From: Octopus vulgaris
Lineage: Eukaryota
Direction: 5' to 3'
Assembly (NCBI GenBank): GCA_951406725.2
Contig: OX597815.1
Location: forward strand, 60,884,001 to 60,948,000
Length of the DNA stretch: 64,000 nt
The notes under the pieces were generated by a model. The model was given only the letters and a program-made list of their open reading frames with translations. It ran no database searches and was not told the DNA's origin. This document shows, piece by piece, positions 42,595 to 57,639 of the stretch (positions are counted from its first letter, which is position 1; each line of letters opens with the position of its first letter). The translations under genes and the position numbers were made by a program.

Positions 42595-43340
42595 GATGAA
42601 TTTAACTTTCGTCCTGTAAAAGGAATTATTTCCGTAGATTTCTAATGATTCTTCGTCATACTTTATTTACGATTTTTAAAAAACAAAAACAAAACTGCAT
42701 AGGTATGAGAGCATATGAAGAAATAATCAATATCAGACATATTTTATTAAACCAAAGTTTAATAATATTCATAAAATAAAATAAATGAATCAGATTGGAT
42801 GTAAAAATGGATTAAGTTTTTATTTCATATTTCATATTCCCATACAAATGTTTCGGGTAAAAAGACCAAGATTTCCATTAACAGAACATCATGAAGGTCG
42901 AATTTGTCCTCTACAGTAGGTGAGATTTAAGTAAAAAAAAACAATAAACAATGTAAAATAAAAAATAAAGAAAAAGACGTTTGAAATATACATAGAAATT
43001 TTTCAAATATTTCTATATTCATTTTTCCACTCAGCATTATTTGAATCGAGACGGAAAACATTGAAGGAGTTTGCTGGTTACATATCTAATATTAAAACTT
43101 TTGACTTCCCCACTATTATTGCAAATATATATCTATTTTTTTAGAAAAAAAAACTCACAATAGAAAATACTGGTCAAGATGTATGCGTATGCCCGTTCAT
43201 AAATACCAAATAAGGAGCTATATGTTATTTGAAATTTATACTTACAGATTTGCTATCCGTCAACTGTCATTTCTACTATGTTTTTAAGTGAATATACATT
43301 CATGTACATACATAGCTATGTATGTATATGTATATATGTA

Positions 43341-43392
<52 letters not shown>

Positions 43393-43436
43393 TATATATA
43401 TATACACATACATACATACAGACAGACAGACACAAG

Positions 43437-43476
<40 letters not shown>

Positions 43477-43543
43477 CGCATATATATATACATATACACA
43501 TATATATATACGCTTATGTATAAGCAATGATACATACATATGT

Positions 43544-43579
<36 letters not shown>

Positions 43580-43586
<7 letters not shown>

Positions 43587-43846
43587 CTGCAAGTCTGTGA
43601 TTGCTTGCTTGCATGCTTGCTTGCGTACTTGCTTGCGTACTTGCTTGCGTACTTGTCTATAATTTAATATACCCAAATCGGGGAATAATAGGTACCTATA
43701 CAGAAAGTAAGGCACCATTGAAATGCGTATACAAACGAAATAAAACAAGTTTCGCGTAAATCGGATCACGGGTTCCCGAGATATGCGATTTTTTCGGGTA
43801 CCTTGAACTATTGGTGACCCAACAGGTCACGGGTAGTGTAGTCTAG
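43580..43846 (+). mobile_element. non-autonomous Helitron-like element
   Basis: 5' tatataatactgc then (GCTT)n-type repeats; 3' hairpin (gtgacc..ggtcac / accc..gggt) and terminal CTAG followed by T. Confidence 0.65.
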
Positions 43847-43849
43847 TCT

Positions 43850-43889
<40 letters not shown>

Positions 43890-44392
43890 TACTCATATAC
43901 GCGGATACATATCCGCTCACATGCACACACAAACGCGTCTGTTAGTCAGATTGATAAACACAGAGACACACATAGGCAAACATACATGCATAGACACATG
44001 CATAAATAACTATACATGTGGTGTATGTGTGTATGTGTGTGTGTTTATGTACCTTATGAATATTAACTGCTGTGTTATCTCCCTTTGCCTAACGTTCGTC
44101 ACACTTTTTCTATGTTATTGTTTGCGACAATAATGTCATTTGACAATAGATAAATATATCTAACATTAAATATTTTTTTTTGTATCTTATCGGCACACAT
44201 ATTATTAATGTTGAGTGCCTGGTTTTTGTTTATTGATTCACTAGTATCAATGATTGATGAGTGATGAATAATAAATTATCAGTCTTGACCTATTTTACTG
44301 AGAACTTAAATGTTTATACACACGAATATGTTCGTACACTGTTTTTGTAGATATATTTATCTGTATATTTATCTACTATATATATATATATA

Positions 44393-44537
44393 GGCGCAGG
44401 AGTGGCTCCGTGGTAAGTAGCTTGCTTACCAACCACATGGCTTACAAAGAATAAGTCCTAGGATCGATTCGTTCGACTAAAGGCGGTGCTCTAGCATGGC
44501 CGCAGTCAAATGACTGAATCCAATAAAAGAATAAGAC
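44393..44537 (+). mobile_element. internally deleted octopus-type SINE
   Basis: Head ggcgcaggagtgg...ccacatgg is fused directly to the tail gtcaaatgactgaa. Confidence 0.8.
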
Positions 44538-44545
44538 AATATATG

Positions 44546-44587
<42 letters not shown>

Positions 44588-44614
44588 TATATATATATAT
44601 ATATCTTTCGAGAA

Positions 44615-45065
44615 AGATTCTATCAGACTTGCCTAAGGAGGATACTAGACATCAAATAGAAGCCTTTAACACCAGAACCATTGTTCTTCAGCAAGCTAAC
44701 ACGTCCAGTATTGAAATGATCCTCATACGTAATCAGATGCGTTGGTTTGGGCACCTTGCTAGGATGCAAGATGACAGGTTGCCAAAGTAGTTGTTTTACG
44801 GGGAGTTGCAGTGTGGCAAACGTCCGAGACATAAACCTAAGAAACGTTTTAGGGATGCTGTCAAAGTTGACCTTAAAGTTCTTAATGTGAAACTCTTAAT
44901 GTGAAAATAAATCTACAATAGATGTAAAGCATTTGAAGAGCGAAAAATTGCACAATCTATCTTGAAACGGGTAGTTCGTAGACAGGTCTTAGCTACAATC
45001 CCAGACGCTTTTTTGCTTTAAAATATTTGTAAGATCTGCAGTAGAGTTTGTTTGTGATGAACAGG
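44615..45065 (+). mobile_element. RTE-clade LINE 3' fragment
   Basis: QMRWFGHLARMQDDRLPK*LFYGELQCGKRPRHKPKKRFRDAVK. Confidence 0.85.
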
Positions 45066-45162
45066 ACTAGCTAGATCTCATGACAGTATTTGTTAATTGA
45101 AGAGATGGCCTTCTTCTGTAAATGTGTAGCAATCATCATATATATATATATATATATTGTGT

Positions 45163-45227
<65 letters not shown>

Positions 45228-45279
45228 TGTGTGTATGTATGTATATACATGCATGTGCGTGTGCGTGCGTGTGTGTGTA

Positions 45280-46400
45280 TCACCAAAGTCAAGGAACTAA
45301 TCACATTCCATGAAGAAAACGATTTCCTGACACCCAGCATAGTTTCCGACCAGGAAGACGCTGCCTCACACAACTCTTACAACACTATGACTGGGTATGG
45401 AAACAATTCCCTAACCACTCAAATCTGGATGTGATGTATGTCGACTTCGCAAAGTCGATCATAGGATGATAAGTCACAAACTGCATGACCTCGCTATAAT
45501 TGAATGCTCAAAGATTGGCTACATGAGTTTCTGAAATATAGAAATCAAGAAGTAGTAGCCAACGGTGCCAGCTCCAAAGAAATGCTTATAATGAATAGTG
45601 ACCCACTGGCCCTCTCAAGTATGACCTCATCGATAGAGAGAACCACCCTTAAAAGCTATGAAGATCGCACAAAACTCACACAAGTAGTACAAAACCCTGT
45701 AGAGGGCATACACCTGCAACAAGACTTAGGCAGCAATGTACAAGCGGGTTGACGACAATAGACAGTATAATACTTGAAAGTTCTATCAGCAAAGATAAAT
45801 GCAATGCATACATTTCTAGAACTTTCAAAATAAGAGAGCAGGAAACCATGCTGCCTTGACTATTGCTCCCAACTACGGTCATCACACAGTGTGAAATTAA
45901 TAGTGGAACTAGATACAGTCCAGCAAAGTTACACAGAGAAGATAGCCTTAATGCAGAAAATTAGCTATTGGGAAAGAATAAAGAGGAACGAAAAGGGTAG
46001 GATATCCTGCAATATACATCTGGGGGGACTTGCCCCAAACTTTGGCGTTAAAAGATATACAAGCACGAGAACAGTGCGTCATTGCACCGTACATAAAATC
46101 CCTCCTCAGTCGCCAAAATTCAGGACCAGGTACTGCATTAGCTTGGGATTCAAGGAACCACAGCTAATCAATATCCTCCAGAAGGAGCTGAGAGACCTAC
46201 ATTGTGTGAATGTATATGTCTTCAAAACTAAACTGGATCTCTTACTGTCAAGGGTCCTAGGTGAGCCAATTTCATTGTAGGGAGTGGGAATGAGAGTAAC
46301 AGCATCAAACTCTTTCATTAAAGGAATTATGAAGGGGTAGCAACACCAGAAAACAGCACCACAGCATGGTCACAACTCTTGACCTGAAACTAGTGAAAAC
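45280..46400 (+). mobile_element. degraded CR1-group LINE fragment
   Basis: LDVMYVDFAK, VVANGASS, ISYWERIK, FKTKLDLLL; same family as 3942-4550. Confidence 0.8.
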
Positions 46401-46428
46401 GGTTATATATATATATATATATATATAT

Positions 46429-46965
46429 ATCGTGTACATTAGAACACATTAAGAGACTTCCAAATAGGAAAGCCTTGTGCTAGAAAGAGCAGTAGAAAAC
46501 TCAAACCGCTAATTATGGATAAATTCTCGAAAGGATTGAAAATTAATTTAGTTCCCAGACCATGGGACGCGGTTGTTTTGAAAAATTAGGATATACAGGC
46601 AACTAGTTTATATGGGAATCTAGTTGTGTGTATATTTGAAATCTAAAGGCTTCCTACTGATGAAAACTAGCCTCAGTAAATATTTTTTACTGGAATGAGT
46701 TAGAAACCATGGTCTGGGAACTAAATTAGATGGTAAACGTTTTTAATTTTCAATCGTTTCGAGAATTTATCCATAATTAGTGGTTTGAGTTTTCTACTGC
46801 TCTTTTTAACACAAGGCTTTCCTATTTGGAAGCCTCTTAATGTGTTCTAATGTACACGATATTTTTATGTGAATAATATATAGTCTGTTTACTATTTTTT
46901 GTGCTAGGCCACTGGTAATAATAATTCCTATAATTCTTATTACCCTAATATTATTTATTATGTTT
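46429..46965 (+). mobile_element. foldback HHR element in (TA)n
   Basis: 46429-46565 is the reverse complement of 46707-46861 (with a small deletion). Confidence 0.88.
46651..46720 (+). ncRNA. type I hammerhead ribozyme, intact core
   Basis: uuccua-CUGAUGA-a-aacu...aguu-a-GAAA-CCAUGG-UC-ugggaa; predicted cleavage after 46714. Confidence 0.88.
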
Positions 46966-47050
46966 ATATATATATATAAACTTAGATAAACTTAGATATG
47001 TTTCGACCAAAGATTGGTCCAGGCCATGTCTAACTTAATAGCACCACCTG

Positions 47051-47724
<674 letters not shown>

Positions 47725-48092
47725 TAGATAGGTATACATACATGCATATATATAAGAATAAGGATTCAACGAATCAAAAAGAGTTCACAATAAGCTCCTC
47801 ACCTGGTGCATGCCTTTGATAAAGACCGTCGTTAAGGCTAAGGTGTAACATCACCGTCGTTCTGAAAATCCAGAAACACCTTGTGACAGGTTTAAACACC
47901 TGGTTCTGTTTAAAACAGGGTCAAGTATTTTAACCTCCCATGAAATGTGCTCGTGACCCCTCAGCATCAAAGACATTCCTAATGCTATGTCCAAGAGGGA
48001 AAAATAAACTAAGCAGCCAAGGTAGACAAACCAAATTTTATATGTGTGGCACCAAAACCTATTTGAAAACTTATTCTACTGAATGTCTAGAA

Positions 48093-48352
48093 CAGCGGTT
48101 CTCAACCAATTTTCTTTTTATCTATGGACTCCTTTTGATTCCTGTTATATTCGGCTGGATCTTCATAGCCATTCGATGTTTAAAAGAAACCTTATTGCAT
48201 ATTTATAATTAAATATTATAAGGAGTTGTATCAAACATTGTTAAAATATTTTGCATATTGTAGAAGTATGAAGAATTTATTACGCATAAATTTTAACAAA
48301 AAATCTTATATGGACTCATAAGGGCCACATGAACCCCGATGGTGAACCAACG
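48093..48352. mobile_element. hAT (Charlie-like) MITE
   Basis: Terminus CAGCGGTTCTCAACC, degenerate right end, 8-bp TSD gtctagaa/atctagaa. Confidence 0.7.
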
Positions 48353-48374
48353 ATCTAGAAGAACAAAAGCAATA

Positions 48375-48535
48375 ATTACATTATTTACATTATTTTACAT
48401 TATTTACAATTGACGGATGTTTGTCCTCATCTTATTTTTTGTTAACACAAAATTTCGGCTGATATACTCTCCAGCCTTCATCAGGTGTCTGGGGGAAATT
48501 TCGAACCTAGGTTCTCATTCCTAAGGTATTTTTAA

Positions 48536-48611
<76 letters not shown>

Positions 48612-48880
48612 GTTATTATTATCATTATTCAGGTCACTGCCTGGAATCGAACTTGAGGTTAGTAGTCCGCGCTCTTAACCACTACGTCATATAACAGCGA
48701 AAAATACTTTAGGAATGAGAACCCAGGTTCGAAATTTCCCCCAAGACACCTGATGAAGGCTGGGGGTATATCAGCCGAAACGCTGTGTTAACAAGAAACA
48801 AGATGAGGACAAATATCTGTCAATTGTAAATAATGTAAATGATGTACATAATTCCTCATCTCTTAAATATAGAACTGTAT
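48375..48880. mobile_element. tRNA-headed HHR element with an inverted second arm
   Basis: Minus strand reads tRNA-like head 48692-48630, (AAT)n, then a body with HHR 48489-48444. An inverted body copy at 48693-48845 carries HHR 48745-48789. Confidence 0.85.
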
Positions 48881-50267
48881 TAAAAGCAATAATGACCTTA
48901 ACTTTAAACATATATACACGTGTGCAGGTGTACACGCACAGATGTATATGTATTTAAAGTTAACGTATGCGTGTGTGTGCGCGGGCGTGAATGTTTCTAG
49001 GATATGAATTTTAACTACATCCGGTAGTGAGGCTCTGGTACAGGTGTACGTGTGATTTAAGGCGTTCGGAACCACCTTTTAACCACTATTGCGTCCATGT
49101 GTACTCAGACCCGGAATCGTAGCTCTTTTTAGAAGACCAGCTATAGGTTAACTAGCATGTGGACAACTGGGAGTGAAGGACCCCACCCTTTAGTTCTCGT
49201 TAGAAATTCCTTCTAGGAGAAAGTAAACTCATATAAGAAATCGTGAAGTGCGGTTAGCTTCTGGTTGTCTCAATCTCTGTTGTGCCACTGGTTTTATAGC
49301 TGATTGCGCTGAAATGTGCGTCTAGTATTGTGCAAAACAAATTCAAGCGCAGGAACTTAATTCCGATTGTCTCCCCGTTGTTGCCGTCAAAGATAGAACT
49401 TCTGTGACTTATTGAAAACAAACCAAATACAAACATACGAAACGAGATGGAATCACTAAAACTCTTCAATCCCATTAGATGTTTTTGTTGTTTTGTTTTT
49501 TACTTTTGCTAATCATATTTTTATGCTGTTTTTATTCTCTTGATTTTTATGAAAGAAATATTTCGCTAATTTTATTGTGCATTTCACTTTTTTATTGTTA
49601 TTTTTTAAATTTTTCATTTTGTTTCTTTTATATCCTTATTCTATATCTACGCTTTTTTCTTTACTTTCTCAGAAAGTAATGAAACTATAAGTTCTTTCAT
49701 TTTCATTTTCCCTTTCTTTCAAAGAGCATTTCTAAAATTTGTTTTGAATTTATATTTTCTATTTGTCTCTTTTCGTTTATTTGATTTTTACGTTCTTTTT
49801 CCTATTTTTTAAGCCCGCCATCTTTTTGCCAAAATATTTCCACAATCCTTCTGCTGCCATTTTGTTTTCACGAGCATATTTCCACAATTATCGCTTCGCC
49901 AGCACATCTGCGTCGATCCAACAATATTTGTTCATTTCTTCTTCTTCTTCTTCCCCTTCAGTTTTATCACTTTATTATTTGTTTTATTTTTTATTTTCTT
50001 CGCAACTTATATTCTCTATTTTACCCCACCCTCCCAAACAGCACCGTTTTCACATGATCTATTCCATAATTATTTCTTTCTCTATATTTTCGTTTATCGC
50101 TAATGTTTCCCCCTCCATATACTTCTCCACACATTCATCTATAATTTCCAAAGATGGCCCACCTTACCAGATTTTACGTGATAACTTAGATCTCTCTAAG
50201 GTTTCCGCCGATAACGTCAACGTTACCACAACTGTTCTGTGTGTGAGTTTGTATGTGTGTGTGTGTG

Positions 50268-50333
<66 letters not shown>

Positions 50334-50677
50334 TGTGTGTGTGAGAGTTTGTTTGTGAGTGTGTGTGTGCCCGTGTGCACGAATATTTATGTAGTTTCTA
50401 ATTGCAGGCACACATATTCTAGGATGAGCATATATATTTGTGTGAATAAGTGTTTGTATGTACAAAAAGAGAGTGAGAAAAACAGAGAGACAGAGAAAGA
50501 GAAAGAAATAGAGATTGAGAGAGAGAGAACGACAGACATGCAGATAGGCACAGAGGGGATATATATACAAATAAAAAAGGTAATACAGGCTAGAGAATAT
50601 GATCGAAGGAAAGAAGGAAAGAAATAAAGAAAGAAAGAAAAAAGAAAGAAAGGATATATGTAAACGCACGCACACAC

Positions 50678-50716
<39 letters not shown>

Positions 50717-50753
50717 CATACATCATATACACACACACACATACACACACACT

Positions 50754-50804
<51 letters not shown>

Positions 50805-51335
50805 GTGCGTGTGTGTGTCTATATGTATGTATATATATGCATGTATGCAGGTATTTATGTACGTTGATGTGCGTGCATTGATGTGCATATATATGTATGT
50901 ATGTATATGTATATGTAGGTATATGTATGCATATATGTACTTTTGTGTATGTGTGTGTGTTTAATAGTAAGAGTGGAGCTGCAATCTATGAAGAAAGAGA
51001 CATGGAGTCGGACAGAAGATAAGAAAGGAAATTGAACGAAATGGTGGGAAGGATGTTCGACAAAACAGTTTAGAAAATGGACGACAATATCAGGGTAACC
51101 TTCCTTTTCTATTTGTCTCCTCCTATTATTCCTCACTTCCTAGTTTCTATTTTTCTTTCTTTATGTATATGGTATGTGTGTATACATTTTTACGTACATA
51201 TATGTTTATGTATGTATGTATGTATGTATGTATGTATGTATGTATGTATGTATGTATGTATGTATGTATGTGTGTGTGTGTATGTATGTATACATACATA
51301 TATTAAAATCTTTCTGTTTCACCCATACATATATG

Positions 51336-51393
<58 letters not shown>

Positions 51394-51400
51394 CATGTAT

Positions 51401-51444
<44 letters not shown>

Positions 51445-51445
51445 G

Positions 51446-51480
<35 letters not shown>

Positions 51481-53089
51481 GTATATATATATTTATGTAA
51501 GCACACACATTTTGTTCAAATATGTATACATGTGTGTATGTGCGTGTATCTGTGTGCGTTTAAGCATATGTATGTATATATGTGTGTACATACGTTTGTA
51601 TGTATGGATGGATGGATGGATGGACGGTTGCCCTAAACTTCTTCATTTCTTCTATTATATCTATATCTATCTCTCACTCTTTACGTCCCTCCCTCTCTCT
51701 CTCTCTTATTCCCCACTTCAGTCTTCCTTCTCTTTAATCCTTCCTCTTATTCTCTATTTCTATTCTGCAATGAAAGATGAAGAAAAAAATAATAACGAAA
51801 AAATCTGAATGATTTCTTTTGAAGGAATAATAAAAATAATACAAAAAAGGTAAAACGACGAACCAATAGACGAAAGGAAATCAAAATATAGAAAATATAT
51901 AGAAACGGAACAAAAAATTCTTCACCCATTTAACCAAGACAGAACTTAAATAAACAAATAAATAAAAATATCGAATGGGGAAAAAATGACAGGAAAAATG
52001 TGATTTGGAAAATTGGTAAGTGGAGTTTTAGGTTATTCGTTTTGCTTTTGTTTTTCAATAGTGAAATTACTTGAAGAAAGGAGCCGCTCTCTAACTAAGG
52101 AACAATTTCTTCATTGGAATTTACACATCTCCGTGAAATTTCATGTTGATGTATGTATATTCTTGTGTATATAGATGTATATGAATTGGTATGCATGTAT
52201 ATATGTGGATAGATGTGTATATATGTATATGCATGCGCGGATAGATGTTTGAGAATTAGTATATGCGTATATATGTATAAATGTGTATCTATGTATGTAT
52301 ATATGAGAACTTGTACGGATGTATGCAGATGTATATAGATGATTGTGTTTATAGATGAATGTGAACAAGTATATGTGTATGTGTGTGTAGATATGCACAT
52401 ATGTAAGTGCGAATGTTTGTAGGTATGTAAAAATGCATATATATGAATATGTGCAGGTGTGTATATATGTATGTATATTTGTGTATATAGTTATATGTGA
52501 ATAGATATCTGAATAATGGCGTACATATGTATGTATATGTGTGTGAATGGATGTATTCAAACGTGTATGTATATGTATGCATTTATGTATATATATATTT
52601 ATTTGTGTGTATGTGTGTGCATTTGTGTGCATATCTGTATAGACGTGTATGCGTGCGTTTGAATGTATGTGTACAGGCATGTGTGTTTGCATGTAAATAT
52701 GTATAGCCTGTACGTGTACATGAATTTTTGTATATATATATGGTGTCTTCATAATGAAAAGCAAGCAGAATGAGGTCTCAAGTTCGCTCCGAATACGTAA
52801 CACATTTCAGGAGAGTGTTTTTTGCTACAACATCAAGTTGACTTGAGTTTTGTGAATGAAATCGAAGAAACTATGCAGAAGACTACTGGATGGACTTTAT
52901 CCGTGACCCAAAGAAACAATCACATCATACGCTGTACCATTTTGATTCTTCGTCCGGATTATGTTAAGAATTCATCTAGCTGAGGAATACTCAACCGCTT
53001 ACAGGTTAATTGCATCTGAACTTCAGTTGACCGAACAACTTGATACATCGGAACCGGTAGAGATTTATTTGCTTTTATGATATTATGCA

Positions 53090-53265
53090 CGGAGTACCTC
53101 TCTTTGCTCCTAGTCAGGGTACCTCTCTTTGTGACTCTAGACAGGGTACCTCACTCTGTGCTTCCAGTTAGAGTAACTCACTCTGTACTCCCAATCTTGA
53201 TGCCTCTCTTTGAGCTATTACTCAGTATACCGTTCTCTGAGCAGCTAGTAATGGTACTCCTTAGT
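53090..53265. repeat. degenerate about 27-bp minisatellite
   Basis: gtacctc(t/a)ct(t/c)tgtg..tc(t/c)ag..agg units. Confidence 0.65.
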
Positions 53266-53539
53266 AAACTTGTTCCTGTGTTTATAACCTTGGTAGTGAC
53301 GTTACTGCGGAATTAGAATTCCTTCTGGTATTACTGGCTCTACAGCAGAGTCCCCAGACTCATGTTAGATTTTTTAATGTACTAATTCCTGAGACTGTAT
53401 CAATTGCTCCGAATCCTTCGCAATACACAATCTCTCTCATGCATCATTTGCGGAAAAAAATCATTGACAAATTCTCACCAAGAATAAACACACTCGACGC
53501 TACCTCTTTGGGGTAACACATACAAAGTAAAACATTGGT

Positions 53540-54890
53540 TTAAGACGATCTGAAACAAAAATAAATGCTATTTCTTTCAGTTTAATATCAAAAGACTATT
53601 ACGCATCAATAAGAAAACCAATACTTATAATTATTTGAGCTTTGCAAAAATACTAAACACAATAACCGACACTGAAATAGAAATCTTTTCTTTTCCACAA
53701 CAGTGCTTTCTGGTTAAGAAAAGTTCTAAAGAACAATACGACGTTAGTATGGGATCAAAGGACTCAGCAGAGGTAAGCGACATCGTCGGCCTTTACATAT
53801 TAGCCAACTTACACAGCAAATTTCCTTTCGTCTCAGGTGGTCTCTATAGAGACGACGGTCTACTCCCAAGAAACTACAAACCACAGAAATTCCAGATAAA
53901 TTAAGGAAAGAACTACACCACCTCTTTAAAACCGTAGACATTATCTATTAGATGTGTTTCCACTAGAAACACATTTAAACCAATTACCTTTCTCAATATT
54001 ACTCGAGACTTAGAAGCCAGTATTTATAACCTTTACATTGGCAATTCAGCCATCCCAAAGTACAATTAAAAGCTTACACGTAACGTATCGCTAAGACTTT
54101 CTTTTTTATCTTCCAACGAAAACATATTAACTGAAATAATAACTCGATATAACGAAGCCCTGAGTAACAGTAAAAAAAGTACAATACACAATCAGCCACA
54201 AGAAAAAAACACCAAAAAATAGAAGGGTGATTATCCAATTCATTCCACCCTTCTATATACAAGTCTCCACATAGATAATCAAAATACTTTTTAAAATACT
54301 CCCAAATACTTCCACTTCAACCACAAGTATCACAAACTAATAAACAAAAACAACATAAAAATATCATACTCCACAACTAACAACTTCGAAAAACCTGTAT
54401 CCAATTACAACCACCTAAAACTTTCTAAAGGGGAAACCCAAAGCCATACATATCGCAGCAACAATTGCAATTTCAGAAAGTCCTCATCTTGCCCTCTAAA
54501 AGGAAATTGCTTTACATATAACATAATTCATTACGTAACTATAACCATGAACACTACACCGTCAAAATACCAACTTATGTAGAGTCTACATTAAGCCAGT
54601 TGAGTACACCATTCAACCAACGCACATATACCTTTCACAACTCAGTCAGGGCAAATGACACTTCATTATCCAAACAAAGATGGACACTAAAATAAAAGAA
54701 ATACACCATTTAGCATTAACTGGAAAATATTGGCACATGCACCACCATGTCAAAAAACCCTTGCCGACTTAGTATCAATCAAACTTATCACATTCTCATA
54801 TTTAGAAATCAAATACTGAACTGGAATTCGGAGTTAGTCTCTTCCTGCAAACACAAAACCTACAAACCACTAAGACATCTGAAATCAGTA
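53540..54890 (+). pseudogene. degraded Hydra-type PLE
   Basis: DVSMGSKDSAEVSDIVGLYIL...GLYRDDGL; later CNFRKSSSCPLKGNC, WKIL, CKH. Confidence 0.85.
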
Positions 54891-55370
54891 TTTTTTTAAT
54901 GGTAAAACATTGAATAAAATACTACTGAAATTATCCTAAATGTTCTTCAGTTTTCAACTACTATACCTACGAAAGAAGTTTGTAACCTGGATTAATCCAA
55001 CAAAAATCTTGTACATGTATGTGTGTATGTGTGTATGTGTGTATATGCTTGGACGCAGGTATATGTTGGGACATTGTTTTGAAGTGCGAAATTCACAAAT
55101 GAACCCACGTGTTTAATTTTTTATAGCCTGGTACAATTATCCATCTCTTTTGCCATGGCACTAAATGAACTAACACCTGTTCTCAGGTGATGTGGTGGGC
55201 AAACACAAAGACACACATACATAGATACACGCACACACACACAAACACATATGTGTGTATATAAGTACATACATACGTACGTACGTATGTACATACATAC
55301 ATACATACATACATGCATACATACATACATACACACATACATACATACATATACATACATGCATACATAC

Positions 55371-55431
<61 letters not shown>

Positions 55432-55437
<6 letters not shown>

Positions 55438-56154
55438 TAATCCAAACGGGAAAACAGAAAAAACAACAACACGTGGAACAATTAAAGTATTATTATTAGG
55501 CGCTCAGGAAAGAGGGAAGACGTTTCGAGCGGAGCTCTTCGTCGGAAACATAAGAGAAGGAAGTAAGATCCCGAGGTGGGCGAACGGAGGGAAAAAAACG
55601 CGACTGGTTTTTACGAAATAAACATGCTGAAAGGCCGGAAGTTTTGGATAACGGGGGCTAGTTTTTAAAGACAAAAGAGCGGAGAAAGGAAGGTTGGTAA
55701 CAACTCGATGAATAGGAAAGATAATGTGTATGTATGTGTGAGTGTGTACGTGTGCGTGTGTGTATGTGTGTGTGAGGCGAGATAAGAAAAAAATATATGT
55801 ATATGTTAGTGCGTGCGTCTGTATGTAAGTGAGTGTACGTAGGGCGAAAGGTAGTTGACATAGCAGTAGCAAGTGAGTGGTCAGTGGTAAAATGAGGAAG
55901 GAGGGAATAGGTGGGGGCGTATGTAACATGCCAGTGTGTGTGTTGAGTAGTAGTGTGTGTGTGTCCAGTGTGCGTAGTTGTATGTATGGCAAGTAAATTT
56001 GAAGTGTGTGTAAGTGTAATGTATATATATATGCAAATGTGTGTGTGTGAGTGCGTGGGAGTGGGTGTATGTATGTGTGTGCGTGTGTGTACAAAAGGGG
56101 GGTATTAAGGAAACAAACTGCAACTGAGGGAAAGATGGAAAAGTGCTCCCGCGG

Positions 56155-56190
<36 letters not shown>

Positions 56191-57608
56191 TGCACACATA
56201 CATGTACGCACACACACATACATACACACATACCCACACATGCACACCTTTACACGAATGCACACACACATACACCTATTTGCACCCAGGCAACCCCCCC
56301 CTCTTTTCTGCTTTCTGGTTTTGGTTGATGGATCCTCGGTTCCCGTGGAGCGTGTTGTTCGGGGGCCTCCGCGCGCGCACGCCTTGGCGCGTGCTGGGGG
56401 TTGGTCGGCCCCATGGGCTTGCGTTGTATTGTTTGTGTGTTGTGTGTGTGAGCGTGCTTCGTGTGTGTGGGCGTGCTTCGGGTGTGTGCGTGCGTATGTA
56501 TACATACATACACACACACGCATGCATCCCTACCCACATACGTACACGCACACCTACTCACACACACACTTACACACACACATACACACACACACACATA
56601 CCCGCACACACACACACATACATACATACACACACAGACATACACCCATACACTCACACTCACACGCATACATACACACACACATACACACGCACACGCA
56701 CACATACACACACACACACCTACATACATGCATTACACTTGTACACACACACACACTTACATTCATACACACACACACCTACACTGCCATACCTTCACTC
56801 ATACATACACACATACCTACACACACACACAAACACTCACAGACACACACCCATACATACATACACCTATACACACACGCCTACACACATACATACACAC
56901 ATACATAAACACACACACATACACATACACATACATACGCACACACACATATACTTACACACATGCACACACACACACATACATACATACATACACCCAC
57001 ACACATACACACACACATACTTACATACTCCTATACGCACATACATACACACAGACACACACATACACACTCACACATAGATACACACACACATACTTAC
57101 ACACACACTCGCCTGCACGCGCCCACACATGCATGACTAACACCCATACACTCACACTCACATACACACACACCAACATATACACGCACACGCACACATA
57201 CACGCACACACACACCTACACTCCCACACACATACACACACACGCACACACACACGCATACACACGCACACACACGCATACATACATATATTACACACGT
57301 ACACACACACCTACATACACATGCATACACACACACACACCAACACACACGGACACACCCATACATACATACACCTATACACACACGCCCACACACCTAC
57401 ATACACACACATGCATACACACACACACGGACACACCCATACATACTTACATACATACACCCATACACATACATGCATCCTACACACACAGACATACACA
57501 CTCACATATACATATACACACACACACTCACTCACACACCTGCATGTACGCGCATACACATGCACCTACACACACTTCCACACACACACACGTACATACA
57601 TACACACT

Positions 57609-57639
<31 letters not shown>

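Noticed and set aside
53090-53265. Regularly spaced repeats as a CRISPR-like array
   Set aside because: Degenerate tandem units with no unique spacers, in a eukaryotic context.
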